A stretch of DNA of 64,000 bases, taken from NCBI GenBank assembly GCA_963575745.1, contig CAUYUJ010000325.1, positions 248,001 through 312,000 of the forward strand, read 5' to 3'. Below the pieces are notes generated by a model, which searched no databases, was not told where the DNA came from, and was given only the letters and a program-made list of their open reading frames with translations. Within the stretch, counting starts at the first letter, position 1, and every line of letters starts with the position of its first letter. The DNA is from Prorocentrum cordatum (taxonomy: Eukaryota). This document shows positions 63,794-64,000 of the stretch, piece by piece. The position numbers and the translations under genes were made by a program.

Positions 63794-64000
63794 CAAAAAA
63801 AAAACCAAAACCAAAATAAACCAACCAAAAAAACCAATAAAACATAAAAAAAAAACAACCAAAAACCAAGAAAACAACCAAAAAAACAAAAGAAGAAAAA
63901 CAAAACCAAGAAAGAAACAAAGCAAAACCAAACAAAAAAAACAACATAGAAAAAAACAACCAAAAAAAACCCATACAAAACAAACCACCAACAGAACACC
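63794..64000 (+). repeat. A/C-rich tail running to the window end
   Basis: AAAAAAAAAACCAAAACCAAAATAAACC... with very few G or T; about 220 bp after the last stop codon. Confidence 0.85.

Noticed and set aside
63794..64000. Telomeric repeat
   Set aside because: No regular CCCTAAA-type unit; an irregular A/C tract, possibly a noisy poly(A).

Overview
This is GC-rich, repeat-dense eukaryotic DNA, inferred to be a dinoflagellate nuclear genome (Prorocentrum-like). The evidence is relics of the dinoflagellate spliced leader (SL; DCCGTAGCCATTTTGGCTCAAG) and introns with GC/GA/GT donors and AG|G acceptors. Bases 1-36 kb hold satellites, microsatellites and decayed transposons: a LINE zinc knuckle plus RNase H, an SGNH-like ORF, copia gag and pol, and a DIRS-type RT-RNase H-tyrosine recombinase. 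Bases 37-40 kb hold small spliced genes with hairpin (Introner-like) introns; one can be rebuilt as a 5-exon, 126-aa Trp-rich protein. Bases 40.3-64 kb are the main find: an apparently young, intron-less, back-to-back retroelement complex. The minus arm encodes an APE-endonuclease/RT (catalytic motif WSDN) followed by about 6 tightly packed cargo ORFs whose junctions carry SL relics; at two junctions the relic's TAG is the upstream stop codon. One cargo ORF is homologous to the neighbouring spliced Trp-rich gene. The plus arm encodes a LINE ORF1-like protein, further cargo including an HGT..Y..YA ADP-ribosyltransferase-like ORF, three copies of a covarying stem-loop, and an A/C-rich tail. An 8.6-kb segment is duplicated exactly across a 100-N gap. 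All family assignments come from reading motifs by eye; no database search was run.
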